Below, piece after piece: positions 1 to 9,715 of a DNA stretch of 64,000 nucleotides (position 1 is its first letter; every line of letters starts with the position of its first letter). The translations under genes and the position numbers were made by a program. The DNA is from an uncultured Gemmatimonadales bacterium (GTDB taxonomy: Bacteria; Gemmatimonadota; Gemmatimonadetes; Gemmatimonadales; Gemmatimonadaceae): positions 4,096,001 to 4,160,000 of the forward strand of contig OY969695.1 of NCBI GenBank assembly GCA_963701965.1, in the 5' to 3' direction. The notes below the pieces were generated by a model. The model worked only from the letters and a program-made list of their open reading frames with translations, was not told the origin of the DNA and did no database searches.

Positions 1-183
1 GTGAGCGTCACATTGGATGGCACCACCAAGACGTTGTCGACCACCAACCAAGCGCTGGAGACCGCGCAGGCGGCCACCAGCTCCTACACGCAAACGGCCA
101 GCTACACGACGGCGTTCGTCTGGACGCTCGATACGCCCGGGAACTATGCCCTGGGCGTCGCCTACACGATCTCGGCGCCATGA
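1..183 (+). CDS. Pilin/fimbrial-subunit-like protein, C-terminal part (5'-truncated by window edge)
   Basis: Thr/Ala/Ser-rich. Ends WTLDTPGNYALGVAYTISAP, the same C-terminal motif as ORFs 980-1507 and 4652-5206. Stop overlaps the next ATG (ATGA). Confidence 0.6.
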   Translation: MSVTLDGTTKTLSTTNQALETAQAATSSYTQTASYTTAFVWTLDTPGNYALGVAYTISAP

Positions 184-983
184 CGCGGTGCGCGACGGCG
201 GCCCTCGCGGCCCTCGCCTGGGCCACACACGCGGCCGGGGCGCAACTGGTCGTGACGCAGATGGAGCTGTTCTTCACGCCCGACAGTGGCCGCCTCTCGA
301 CCGCGACGTTCACGGTGACGAACGGCGCGGATCATCCGGTGCAAGCCACCCTCGCCATCGAGGACTGGGATCGCACCGATCGCGGCGACAACGTCTTTCG
401 CCCGCTCGGCGCCTCGCCCGCTTCCTGTCACGATCGGCTGAGCGTGTTCCCGGAGGGGCTCTTCCTGGCGCCGAAGGAAGTGCAGACGGTCCGCGTGCGA
501 TACGCCGGCGCCGAGCCGGAAGACCCCGGCTGCTGGGGCGTCGTCTTCGTCGAGACCGTCCCTCCCGCCAGCCCGCAGGCGGGCCGCGCCATCATGTACG
601 TGTTGCGCACCGGCGTCAAAGTGTACGTCCAACCCCGGCACGCCACGCGCGATGGGACGATCGACGCGATGACCGTCCAGCCGCACATGCACGACCCGAC
701 GGGCGCCGTGCCCGATACCGTCGCGCGCGATCTGGTGGTGTCGTTTCGCAACACGGGCAGCGGCCAGATCATCGACGGGGCGGGTACCGTCGAGCTGCGT
801 CGCCCCGACAACTCGCTCGCTGCGACGCTCCGCGTGCCGCACTATTGGGTGACGCCCGGCGCGCGCCGGGTCCTGACACTCGGCCTGCCGCATCTCGAGC
901 CCGGCACCTACGTCGCGCTCGCGCTGCTCGACTTCGGCGGTCCCGAGGTGGCCGCGGGCCAACTCGCCCTGCACGGACCATGA
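180..983 (+). CDS. Fimbrial (PapD/EcpB-like) periplasmic chaperone
   Basis: Signal peptide (AGA-Q). FTVTN...DWD...LSVFP..LFLAPKEVQTVRV...WGVVFVE...GVKVYVQP and a second Ig domain (FRNTG...PGARR...LEPGTY), typical of pilus-assembly chaperones. Confidence 0.7.
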   Translation: MTRCATAALAALAWATHAAGAQLVVTQMELFFTPDSGRLSTATFTVTNGADHPVQATLAIEDWDRTDRGDNVFRPLGASPASCHDRLSVFPEGLFLAPKEVQTVRVRYAGAEPEDPGCWGVVFVETVPPASPQAGRAIMYVLRTGVKVYVQPRHATRDGTIDAMTVQPHMHDPTGAVPDTVARDLVVSFRNTGSGQIIDGAGTVELRRPDNSLAATLRVPHYWVTPGARRVLTLGLPHLEPGTYVALALLDFGGPEVAAGQLALHGP

Positions 984-1507
984 CCCCGCCGCGCGGTCTG
1001 CGCGGAACGCTCCTGCTGCTTTTGTCAGTGATCCCCACAGCGACGGCCCGCCCGCAGAACATCGTCACGCTCACCGCGACCGGCGCGCCGGCGTTCGGAA
1101 CGCCGACCGGGACGGACTACGCGGCGGGCGCCGTGTTCAATACGGGATTTCCCGCGTCGGGCGTGGCGTACACGGTGCAGATCACCGGCCTGGGGCTCAT
1201 CACGCATACCGCGACGGTGAGCATCTACTCGACGACGTCGACCCTCGGCAACGGCAAGCCGATCAGCGATCTCCAGTGGGCCTGCGTGGCCGCCTGCGCC
1301 ACGGGGACGGGATTCTCCGGCCTCACGTGCTGTGGACCGCCGGGCACCACGATCCAATCCCAGCAGATTCAAGTCGCCTCCAATCCGACGGCGGGGAACA
1401 CACTCGTCTTCCGGACTCTGTTGAGCTACGCGCTGGACGCGCCGGGTCGAACGTACACCACCGGCGCGGCGGGAATCGTCCTCCTGCTCTCGGTGACCGC
1501 GCCGTAG
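980..1507 (+). CDS. Pilin-like secreted subunit
   Basis: ATG at 980 overlaps the chaperone stop. Signal peptide, GKPISDLQW motif, C-terminal YALDAPGRTY...LSVTAP. Confidence 0.65.
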   Translation: MTPPRGLRGTLLLLLSVIPTATARPQNIVTLTATGAPAFGTPTGTDYAAGAVFNTGFPASGVAYTVQITGLGLITHTATVSIYSTTSTLGNGKPISDLQWACVAACATGTGFSGLTCCGPPGTTIQSQQIQVASNPTAGNTLVFRTLLSYALDAPGRTYTTGAAGIVLLLSVTAP

Positions 1508-1513
1508 TGCCGG

Positions 1514-4219
1514 GTGGCCATGCGGATCATCCGTGGCGTGATGGCCGCGTCAGTCCTGCTCGTGGAAACGGCGCCCCTCGCGGCGCAGGTGGTCACGCCG
1601 TCGAGTGACACGATCACCGTCGCCGGCGCACCCCGCACGTTTCAGGTGGTGGCGGTGCCGGTGCCCGCTGCGGCGGGACGGGGCGTCCGCTATCGCGTCA
1701 CGCCAATGCCGGGCGCGCGGGCGATCGGCGCCGAATCCGGCGTCGTGGATCCGACCAACGCGCTGGATGGCCGGTTGCTCGTCACCCTCGCCATCGCGCC
1801 GTCGGCGCGCGCGGGCCGCTCCGGCGCCGGCGCTGTCGTGTTTTTCTGGTCGTCGTCGGACTCGGGTATTACGGTGCCGATCGTGCTCGACGTGACGCGC
1901 GTGCGGCGCATCGTCGTCCAGCCGGTCCGGATCCAAACGGGCGCCCGCGCCGACAGCCGCGTGCGGGTGGCGTTCGTGGTGACGAACGCGGGCAACGCAC
2001 CCGACACCGTGCGCGCAGGATCGGACCAGCCGTCGGGATGGCGCGTGATCGAAGGCGCGCGGTCGGCCATCCTCGATGCCGGCGCATCCACGACCGACAC
2101 CTGTACGCTCGCGATTCCGCCGTCGACGAGCGGCGACATCACCGTCACGTTGCGGGCCTCCACAACGGCGGGCGTCGAGCTGGCGCGGGCTGGCGCGAAT
2201 ATCGAGGTGATCGATGACGGAGGAAGCCGCGCCCGCGCCTTCGGCGTCGGGCCGGTCGTGACCGTGGGAGCCGCGGCCGCCGCCGGCGGGGGCCCCATCG
2301 GCACCGGCGGAGGCGTCACGGTCTCCGGACTCCTCACCGATGATGTTGCGCTCACGGGTCGCTGGGTCTCGACGTCGACGCACGACGTGCTCTCCAACAT
2401 CGCCTACGCCGATCTGGGATACGTCACGACGCCGCCCTATCTCATCGCCACGGCGCCCCGCTGGTCGCTCGGCGCGGGCGCGACCAGCCTGACGCTCTCT
2501 CCGCTCGCCGGCACCTCCATGTGGGGTCTGGGCGCCAGTGGGATCTGGCACGACACCACGTGGCACGTACGCGCCGTGGCGGCGCGGCCGGGCGAGGTCA
2601 CCGGCGTCTCGCACTACGGGGCGATCGCCGGTCTCGGTGTCGAACGCCGGTTCGGCGCCGTCTCGGTCTTTGTGGATGCGGCGCATCTGCTGGACAGTCT
2701 GGCCGGCCGGCGCCGCCTCGACGCCGCCAATGTCGGCGCGACGATCGAGGGACCCGCCGGATTTGTCTCGACGGCCGACGTCGGGGCGCGCGAGACGGAC
2801 GCTGGCACCGCGCTCGGGTACGCCGTGGGCATCGACCGGTCGACCCGAACGTCGGACTTGAGCCTCCGGGAGATCCACGCGCCGGGCGGGTCCCAAGCGT
2901 TCGCCGTGGCCAGCGATCAGCAAATGGCCAGCGGCTACGCGCAACTGACCGGCGCGGTGACGATGATCGGCGCGGCGTGGCGCGCCGCCGACGCCAATGC
3001 GATCTTCGCGCGGGCCGTGAGCGACGGGTGGACGGTCGGGCCGCAGTTTCGAGTGACGGGCAGCACGAGCGCCCGGATCGACTACCGGATGAGCGCATCG
3101 ACCGAGACCGGATCGTTGGGGGGATTCGCCGATCGCGACCAGGCGGGCGAGTTGACGCTGAGCACCTTTTGGGGACGGCTGACCGCGACCGCCACGGCGA
3201 GCGCCGGAGTCACGACGCAGAGCACCATCGCGCCTGCCGGAGCATCCGACGACGCGACGGGTCCCCGGGTGTTGGTCAGCGCGTTGGTGACCCATCCCGT
3301 CGGCGGCGGCGCATGGAGCGTGTTCGGGACCGTCGACCACGCCGGCATCCCGGGCGCTATCACCGATCAGAGCGTGTTCGGCGCCCGCGTCAATGAGCTC
3401 CATCCATTGCCCACCGCGCGCCAGCTGACGATCGGCGCCATGCTGGCCCGGTCCGGCCTCTTTGGTACCGGCCCGCGCTACACGACCTTCGAGTGGACCA
3501 CCCACTATCGGCCATCGGACGCGTACGATCTCGCGGTCGCGGTCGAGCATTACCCGGTCGCCGTCCTGGTCATGCCGTCGACGTGGGCCGTCGCGCTGCG
3601 GATCCAACGGAGCTTTCGCCTGCCGGGCATTCCCCGGCCCGGTGCCAGCGGCACGGTGTTCACCGCCGGCATTGCGCCTGGCAACAACACCGGGCTGCAG
3701 GGCGTGCTGCTGCGCCGCAATGGGGAAACGGTCATCACGAACGCGCTCGGCGTCTATCACTTTCACAGCGCCTCGGCCGACGCGCCGGTGCTCGATCCCG
3801 CGTCGCTGCCGGTCGGCCTGCTCTCGGCCGGCCCGGTCTCGACGGGCGGCGCCGCCGGCCGATTCGACTTTCCCATCGTCGCGACGGGAGACGTGACCGT
3901 GCGGCTCGTCGTCGTGCGCGATGCGCTCTCCAGCGCGCCGCCGTTGGCGGTGTGGCGCGGCGCGGCGATCACGGCGATCGACGAAGTGGGACGGGTGTGG
4001 ACCGCGCGACCGGATGCGGACGGCGTGGCGACGTTCAAGGCGCTGCCCATCGCGACCTACCATCTGGACGTGGACTTGAGCCGGACGGCCGAGCCGATGC
4101 GCGTGAGCGAGACGCTGCCGGCGGTGGTCGTCACCCGCTCGCCCGATCCGCAGGACATCACGGTCCACGTGCGACGGCGCGCGATCAAGCTGCATCGCTT
4201 CGACGTCACGGCCAGCTAA
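1514..4219 (+). CDS. Large outer-membrane usher-like protein
   Basis: 901 aa with signal peptide. Ig-like domain (VTNAGNAPDT...PSGW), central amphipathic beta-strand region, C-terminal carboxypeptidase-regulatory-like repeats (TNALGVYHF; DADGVATFKALPIATYHL). Confidence 0.6.
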   Translation: MAMRIIRGVMAASVLLVETAPLAAQVVTPSSDTITVAGAPRTFQVVAVPVPAAAGRGVRYRVTPMPGARAIGAESGVVDPTNALDGRLLVTLAIAPSARAGRSGAGAVVFFWSSSDSGITVPIVLDVTRVRRIVVQPVRIQTGARADSRVRVAFVVTNAGNAPDTVRAGSDQPSGWRVIEGARSAILDAGASTTDTCTLAIPPSTSGDITVTLRASTTAGVELARAGANIEVIDDGGSRARAFGVGPVVTVGAAAAAGGGPIGTGGGVTVSGLLTDDVALTGRWVSTSTHDVLSNIAYADLGYVTTPPYLIATAPRWSLGAGATSLTLSPLAGTSMWGLGASGIWHDTTWHVRAVAARPGEVTGVSHYGAIAGLGVERRFGAVSVFVDAAHLLDSLAGRRRLDAANVGATIEGPAGFVSTADVGARETDAGTALGYAVGIDRSTRTSDLSLREIHAPGGSQAFAVASDQQMASGYAQLTGAVTMIGAAWRAADANAIFARAVSDGWTVGPQFRVTGSTSARIDYRMSASTETGSLGGFADRDQAGELTLSTFWGRLTATATASAGVTTQSTIAPAGASDDATGPRVLVSALVTHPVGGGAWSVFGTVDHAGIPGAITDQSVFGARVNELHPLPTARQLTIGAMLARSGLFGTGPRYTTFEWTTHYRPSDAYDLAVAVEHYPVAVLVMPSTWAVALRIQRSFRLPGIPRPGASGTVFTAGIAPGNNTGLQGVLLRRNGETVITNALGVYHFHSASADAPVLDPASLPVGLLSAGPVSTGGAAGRFDFPIVATGDVTVRLVVVRDALSSAPPLAVWRGAAITAIDEVGRVWTARPDADGVATFKALPIATYHLDVDLSRTAEPMRVSETLPAVVVTRSPDPQDITVHVRRRAIKLHRFDVTAS

Positions 4220-4647
4220 TGCGTTCGCGACTCTACGGGCTCGTCGCGATGGTGGTCGCCGGGTGTACATCGAGCACCAGCCCGTCCCGCATCGCGCTCG
4301 ATATTGCCGGCACCTGGCAGTACGTGGGCCACGAGGCCAGCCCGACGCCGGCGACGATCGACGGGCACGTGGCCTTCACGGTAGACAGCACGGGCACGTT
4401 CACCGGGGACTTTGCGGCGACCGTCACCGTCGCGGGAGATCCGGGGACGACCCTCGAAGGTCCATTGACCGGCCAGTCGCTGGATCGCCAGTCGTTGTCA
4501 TGGGACGTCGCCCTCTCGCCGCAGGTCGTGCGCCGGCATGTCGGCACCGTGGCCGGTGACTCGATGACGGGCAGCTGGGTCGACGAGACAGGATCCGGTC
4601 CCGGCGCCAGCGGGGACTTCACGGCCGTTCGCCAGCACGGGAACTAG
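4219..4647 (+). CDS. Hypothetical lipoprotein (beta-rich, lipocalin-like IAGTW motif)
   Basis: ATG at 4219 overlaps the TAA of the previous gene. Lipobox VVAG-C, then DIAGTWQY ... MTGSW ... GDFTA. Confidence 0.65.
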   Translation: MRSRLYGLVAMVVAGCTSSTSPSRIALDIAGTWQYVGHEASPTPATIDGHVAFTVDSTGTFTGDFAATVTVAGDPGTTLEGPLTGQSLDRQSLSWDVALSPQVVRRHVGTVAGDSMTGSWVDETGSGPGASGDFTAVRQHGN

Positions 4648-4651
4648 CGGC

Positions 4652-5206
4652 ATGTTCGCGGCGAAACCACGGGTCTGGACGTTGGCGTGCGCGAGCGCCG
4701 CGCTGGCACTCGCCGGAGCGCCGAACGCCCGCGCGCAGGGCAACTGTTCGCTCACGATCGTGACGGGAACGTGCACCGTGACGACCGGCGCCACGATCCA
4801 GACCAGTCCGTCGGGCATCGTCGCGCTGACGGTGTCGCCCACCGCGACGACGCTGGCCCCGCCAAGCGCCGCCGATTTCAACAGCGGCACCACGCCGGCC
4901 GCGAGCGTCATGATCACGGTCGCCACGAACAACAGCGCCACCGTGACGGCGGCGTGTGGCCAGCCCACCTGGGCGGCCATCGGCAGCGGCGCCAGCGCCT
5001 CCAAGGCGTGCGCCGATCTGGAATGGAGCGCCGACGCCAATACCGGCTTCACGGCGCTCACCACCAGTGGCCAGACGGTCGTTTCGGCGGCCTCCCCGAC
5101 CAACGGGACCAGTGTGTCGATATTTCTCCGCGCGCGCCTCACATGGACGGCGGACACACCAGGGACCTACAGCATGCCGGTGAAGCTGTCGATCGCCGCT
5201 CCGTAG
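4652..5206 (+). CDS. Pilin-like secreted subunit
   Basis: Signal peptide, Cys pairs, SKACADLEW motif, C-terminal WTADTPGTYSMPVKLSIAAP. Confidence 0.7.
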   Translation: MFAAKPRVWTLACASAALALAGAPNARAQGNCSLTIVTGTCTVTTGATIQTSPSGIVALTVSPTATTLAPPSAADFNSGTTPAASVMITVATNNSATVTAACGQPTWAAIGSGASASKACADLEWSADANTGFTALTTSGQTVVSAASPTNGTSVSIFLRARLTWTADTPGTYSMPVKLSIAAP

Positions 5207-5222
5207 CCGCTTAGCTTCCCGC

Positions 5223-5810
5223 ATGCCGTCCGTCATTCTCGCGTCACAGTCGCCGCGCCGGCGCGACCTCCTGAATCTCATTGGCATCGCGCACACGGTC
5301 CGGCCGGCGGATATCGACGAGTCCCTGTTGCCCGGCGAGACGCCGGTCGCCTGCGTCGAGCGTCTCGCCCGCGCCAAGGCCCACCGCGTTGCGCCGGAGG
5401 CACCGCACGCGGTGGTCATTGCCGCTGACACGATCGTCGTCGTTGATGACCGCATTTTGAACAAGCCGGTGGACGTGGCGGACGCGACCGCAATGCTGAT
5501 GGGACTCGAGGGGCGCGCCCACGCGGTGTATACCGCCGTCTGCGTCATCCGGGGCGCCCGCGAGGCCGCCGGCGTCGAGCGCGCGGACGTGTGGTTTCGT
5601 TCGATGACGCGGAGCGAGATCGCGGCCTACATCGCCACCGGCGAGCCAATGGACAAGGCCGGCGCCTACGGCATCCAGGGATACGGCGCGACGATCGTGG
5701 AGCGGGTGGACGGGGATTTCTTTGCCGTCGTCGGCCTTCCGCTGGTGCGCTTGACGCGCCTGCTGCGCGAGATCGGGCTCGAGTACGACTTCGGGACCCT
5801 GAGGGGATAG
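5223..5810 (+). CDS. maf: Maf family nucleoside-triphosphate pyrophosphatase
   Basis: ILASQSPRRRDLL, AADTIV, GEPMDKAGAYGIQG, VVGLP motifs. Confidence 0.95.
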   Translation: MPSVILASQSPRRRDLLNLIGIAHTVRPADIDESLLPGETPVACVERLARAKAHRVAPEAPHAVVIAADTIVVVDDRILNKPVDVADATAMLMGLEGRAHAVYTAVCVIRGAREAAGVERADVWFRSMTRSEIAAYIATGEPMDKAGAYGIQGYGATIVERVDGDFFAVVGLPLVRLTRLLREIGLEYDFGTLRG

Positions 5811-5895
5811 CGCGCGACGGCTTCGGCCCGTGGCGGCCGCGTCTCACCCGGCTGCTCACACACCGCCGGCACCGCCGATAGTACTTTCCAGGGCC

Positions 5896-6990
5896 ATGAA
5901 AACCATCGCCCTTCTGATACTCGCCGGCATGGCCGCCCAGGCGGGGGCGCAGCCGAGCGATGCCGCCGCGCGCGAGTTTCACGTGGACTCTTTTGCCTTC
6001 GAGAGCGGTGTCACGGTCAACGATATCGAGATCGTGTATGCCACCTATGGACACCTCGATGCGGCGCGGAGCAATGCGGTCCTGGCCCCCTCGCATTACA
6101 TGGCCGACCACCATGGCTACGACTGGCTGCTGGGCCCCGGACAGGCCCTCGACACGGCGCGGTATTTCGTGGTGGCGACCGAGATGTTCGGCAACGGACA
6201 TTCTTCGAGCCCCAGCAATACCCCGGAGCCGTTTCATGGACCGCGCTTTCCCATGGTGTCGATCCGGGACAACGTGCGGATCGTGCATGCGCTGCTGACT
6301 GATGGGCTCGGGATCTCACATGTGCGGGCCGTCGTCGGCTTTTCGATGGGGGCCGAGCAAGCGTTCCAGTGGGCGCTCTCCTATCCTGACTTCGCCGACC
6401 GGATCGTCGCCACGTCCGGCACCGCGAAGTGTTATCCCCACGGCGTCGTCCGCCTGGAAGGGCAGATCGCGGCTTTGGAAGCGGACGCCGCGTTCCAGGC
6501 CGGCGACTATACGAGTGAACCAATGCGGGGCATCCGCGCCTTCGGCACGGTATGGGCGGCGTGGCTCTTCTCCCAAGAATGGTGGCGCACCGGGTTGTGG
6601 CGCGCCGATACATCGAACGGTCGCACGTTCGAGGAGGTCTTGTCGCGGATTGTCGACAGCTTCACGCAAAACGACGCCAACGACATGATCCTCCAGGCCC
6701 GCATGTGGGAGCACCACGACATCGGCACCACGCCCGGCTACGGCGGCGACATCGAACGCGCCTTGCGCGGCATCCGCGTCCCCGTGTTGTACATGCCGTC
6801 GGCGACCGATCTCTATTTTCCGCTTGGCGACGCCGAGTACGAGGCGCGGTTCATCCCGCGCGTCACGTTCGCGCCGATCCGGTCGCTGTGGGGCCACCCG
6901 GCGGGCGCCGGCGCCAGTCCGGCCGACCTGGCGTTCTTGAATCAGACGATCGGCACCTTCCTACGCGGACCGGTAGCGCTCGGCCCATAG
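5896..6990 (+). CDS. Alpha/beta hydrolase, homoserine O-acetyltransferase-like family, with signal peptide
   Basis: YATYG, GNGHSSSPSN, nucleophile GFSMG, DANDMI, DLYFP, WGH. N-terminal MKTIALLILAGMAAQAGA. Confidence 0.85.
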   Translation: MKTIALLILAGMAAQAGAQPSDAAAREFHVDSFAFESGVTVNDIEIVYATYGHLDAARSNAVLAPSHYMADHHGYDWLLGPGQALDTARYFVVATEMFGNGHSSSPSNTPEPFHGPRFPMVSIRDNVRIVHALLTDGLGISHVRAVVGFSMGAEQAFQWALSYPDFADRIVATSGTAKCYPHGVVRLEGQIAALEADAAFQAGDYTSEPMRGIRAFGTVWAAWLFSQEWWRTGLWRADTSNGRTFEEVLSRIVDSFTQNDANDMILQARMWEHHDIGTTPGYGGDIERALRGIRVPVLYMPSATDLYFPLGDAEYEARFIPRVTFAPIRSLWGHPAGAGASPADLAFLNQTIGTFLRGPVALGP

Positions 6991-7992
6991 GGCGATCTTC
7001 GACAGCACATCGCCCACTCCGATCCGCGGCATGCGGCCCCGCCGGCGCGTCCAGATGACCGCGTCGCCGTCGCGCGGCTCGCGAAACGCGTCGACAATGA
7101 GATCCTGAAATTTGCGATAGGGACCGGTGCGCTTGGGGTCGGCGTTCGCCATCAGACTGACCACGGGGCGGTTGAGCGCGGCAGCAATGTGCATCGGACC
7201 GGTGTCCAACGACACCACCAGCGCGGCGCCATCGAGGATGGACACGAGGTTGCGCAAGCCCGACCCCAAGGCATTGCGCACGGGATACCGGGCCAGCATC
7301 TGGATGGTGTGCCCGGTCTCCTGTTCCCGCGCGGACGCCCCGCCGACGAGCACGGGCTCGAGGTCGTACGTCGCCGACAGCGTATCCGCCACCGCGGCCC
7401 ATCGGTCCGGCATCCATTCGCGGTCGGGATCGCCGGCGCCGATCACCAGCGCGGCCGCCGGGCGCTCGAACGGCGCGAAGAATCGCTGCTGCCACGCCCG
7501 CTCGGTGGGCCGCGGGCCGATGGACCACACGACGGGCTCGATCGGGATCTTGAGCGCGTTCAGAAACTCGAAGTATTGATCCTGCACGTGTTGGCGGCCG
7601 GCGTGCGGCGGGATCTGCGCGGTCGTGAACAGCCAATTGAGATCGCGCGCCCGCGCCCGGTCGAAGCCCAACTTCACGGTGGCGGGCGTCAGCGCGGTGA
7701 CCACACCCGCCTTGAACGCCACCTGGAGGTCGAGTACCACGTCGAACCGGCGGCCGCGCAAGCCGAGCCGGTAGGCGGCGAGCGCCGGCGCCCCGCGGCG
7801 CGGGTCGACTTCGATCAGCTCATCGATCGCCGGGTGACCACGCACGAGCGCGGCCGGGCCGGGCTGGATGACCCACGTGACCCAGGCCATCGGGTACTCG
7901 CGCTTGATGGCGTTGACGACGGGGAGGACGTGCACGCTGTCGCCGACGGCGCTCAGCATGACGACGCAGATACGATCGAACGGCGATCTCAT
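6961..7992 (-). CDS. Glycosyltransferase family 9 (LPS heptosyltransferase-like)
   Basis: VMLSAVGDSVHVLP, FDVVLDLQ, SLDTGPMHIAAAL motifs. ATG 7992 overlaps the upstream stop. Confidence 0.9.
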   Translation of the reverse strand: MRSPFDRICVVMLSAVGDSVHVLPVVNAIKREYPMAWVTWVIQPGPAALVRGHPAIDELIEVDPRRGAPALAAYRLGLRGRRFDVVLDLQVAFKAGVVTALTPATVKLGFDRARARDLNWLFTTAQIPPHAGRQHVQDQYFEFLNALKIPIEPVVWSIGPRPTERAWQQRFFAPFERPAAALVIGAGDPDREWMPDRWAAVADTLSATYDLEPVLVGGASAREQETGHTIQMLARYPVRNALGSGLRNLVSILDGAALVVSLDTGPMHIAAALNRPVVSLMANADPKRTGPYRKFQDLIVDAFREPRDGDAVIWTRRRGRMPRIGVGDVLSKIALWAERYRSA

Positions 7993-9017
7993 GGCGCGTA
8001 CCGCTGGTATCGGTCGCGCCACCGCTCCACGCGCTCCAGCACATCACGCACCGTGATCCGCGCCATGCCTGCGGGGCGCCGTTCCTTTGGGCGGCGCGAG
8101 GGTTCGCCGAAGCCGTTGACGATGAGATCGTGGAACTTGGCGTACGGGCCGTACACCGCGGGGTCGTTGTATCCAATGAGACTCACGACAGGCCGGTCGA
8201 GCGCGACGGCAATGTGCAAGGGACCCGTGTCCAGCGACACCGTGAGCGCGGCGCCATCGAGGATCGCGACCAGTCCGCGGAATCCGGATCCGAGCGCGTT
8301 GCGCACCGGGTAGCGAGCCAACGTCTGGATCTCCCGCGCCGTGTCCATCTCGCGCGGCGAATTGCCGCCGACCATCACCGGCACGAGACCATAGTCGGCC
8401 GAGAGCGCGTCGGCCACCGCCGCCCACCGGTCGCTCGGCCAGTTCTTCGGCTCGCGGCTCGATCCGATGACGAGGGCGGCCGCCGGCCGATCCAGCGCGG
8501 CGAAGAATTCCTGTTGCCACGGCCGTTCTTCGGCCCGGGGCGCCAGGTCCCAGATCACCGGCTCGGCCGGCACGCCGATCGGCGCCAAGAACTCGAAGTA
8601 CTGGTCCTGCATGTGTCGGCGCCATTCGCGCGCCGGGATCCGGGTATTGGTAAAGAGCCAGTTGAGGTCCCGGCTTCGCTTCCAATCAAATCCCAATTTC
8701 ACCGTCGCCGGTATCGCGGCCGTGACCAATCCGGCCTTGAAATACGGTTGCAGGTCGAGCAGGACATCGAACGCGCGCCCGTGCGCCGCGCGCCGCGCGG
8801 CGCCGAGCGCCGGCACCAACCGGGCCCGATCGAAGATCACCAACTCGTCGATCGCCGGGTGGCCGGCGACGAGACTGGCCGGTCCGGACTGGACAATCCA
8901 CGTCGTGCGCGTGCCCGGCGAGTGGCGCTTGATCGCGTTCAGCACTGGCAGGACGTGCACCGCATCGCCCACCGCGCTCAGCATGACGACGCACACCCGC
9001 GATCCGAGGGCGATCAT
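7989..9017 (-). CDS. Glycosyltransferase family 9 (LPS heptosyltransferase-like), tandem paralog
   Basis: VMLSAVGDAVHVLP, KNWP, SLDTGPLHIAVAL. Confidence 0.9.
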   Translation of the reverse strand: MIALGSRVCVVMLSAVGDAVHVLPVLNAIKRHSPGTRTTWIVQSGPASLVAGHPAIDELVIFDRARLVPALGAARRAAHGRAFDVLLDLQPYFKAGLVTAAIPATVKLGFDWKRSRDLNWLFTNTRIPAREWRRHMQDQYFEFLAPIGVPAEPVIWDLAPRAEERPWQQEFFAALDRPAAALVIGSSREPKNWPSDRWAAVADALSADYGLVPVMVGGNSPREMDTAREIQTLARYPVRNALGSGFRGLVAILDGAALTVSLDTGPLHIAVALDRPVVSLIGYNDPAVYGPYAKFHDLIVNGFGEPSRRPKERRPAGMARITVRDVLERVERWRDRYQRYAP

Positions 9018-9715
9018 TGCACGGCCTTGGCGAAGCTCGCCAGATCCCGCTCCGTGATCGCGCCGAGCTTGCGCGCGGAGCGCGCCAATCGCCCGAGGTT
9101 CGCGTTCAGGACCTTGGCGTCACCAGGTCTGGCAAACCGCACCCGGTCGACATCGATCACGTACGCGGTCTCGCCGCTCACCAGGACGTTCGCCAGGTTG
9201 AGATCGGCGTGGATCGCGCCCGCGCGCGTCAGCGCGCGGAGCAGTTTCGCCGTCAGCGCCAGATCATGCGGTGTGAGAGGGCCCGCGGCCAGATCGCGGG
9301 CATCGGGAATTTCCCGCGTGAGGACATCGACGCGCCGGATCGCCGGGCCGACGCGATAAATGGCATAGCCGATCATCTCCGGCGTCGGGACACCCGCGCT
9401 CGCCAATCGTCGGGACGCCGCCAGCTCGTACGGTGCCCGCGTCGGCGCCAAAAACCAATCTTGGGTCAGGGGAGCCAACAGGCCGCCATGCCAAGAGTGC
9501 CGCACGACGACGCGCGCGTTGCCGAGTGGCACGGCGTACGCGGGGCGACGCCCGCGAAGCGGGCGGGCGCCAGGATGCCGCGATGCCCAGTCATGGATCG
9601 TCGTATCCGCCGCCAAGATCGCGTCCAGCGCCTCGGCGCACGTCGCGAGCACGACCGCCTCGGCCATACCACGCGCCAGGCGCCGGTAGCCATCGGGCGG
9701 CACGCGACGCGTCAG
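9014..9715 (-). CDS. Kdo/lipopolysaccharide kinase family protein
   Basis: VVRHSWHGG, TRAPYEL, GVPTP, HADLNLANVL, YVIDVD (kinase catalytic loop and DFG-equivalent). Start uncertain (CTG 9715 or GTG 9703). Confidence 0.8.
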   Translation of the reverse strand: MTRRVPPDGYRRLARGMAEAVVLATCAEALDAILAADTTIHDWASRHPGARPLRGRRPAYAVPLGNARVVVRHSWHGGLLAPLTQDWFLAPTRAPYELAASRRLASAGVPTPEMIGYAIYRVGPAIRRVDVLTREIPDARDLAAGPLTPHDLALTAKLLRALTRAGAIHADLNLANVLVSGETAYVIDVDRVRFARPGDAKVLNANLGRLARSARKLGAITERDLASFAKAVQ

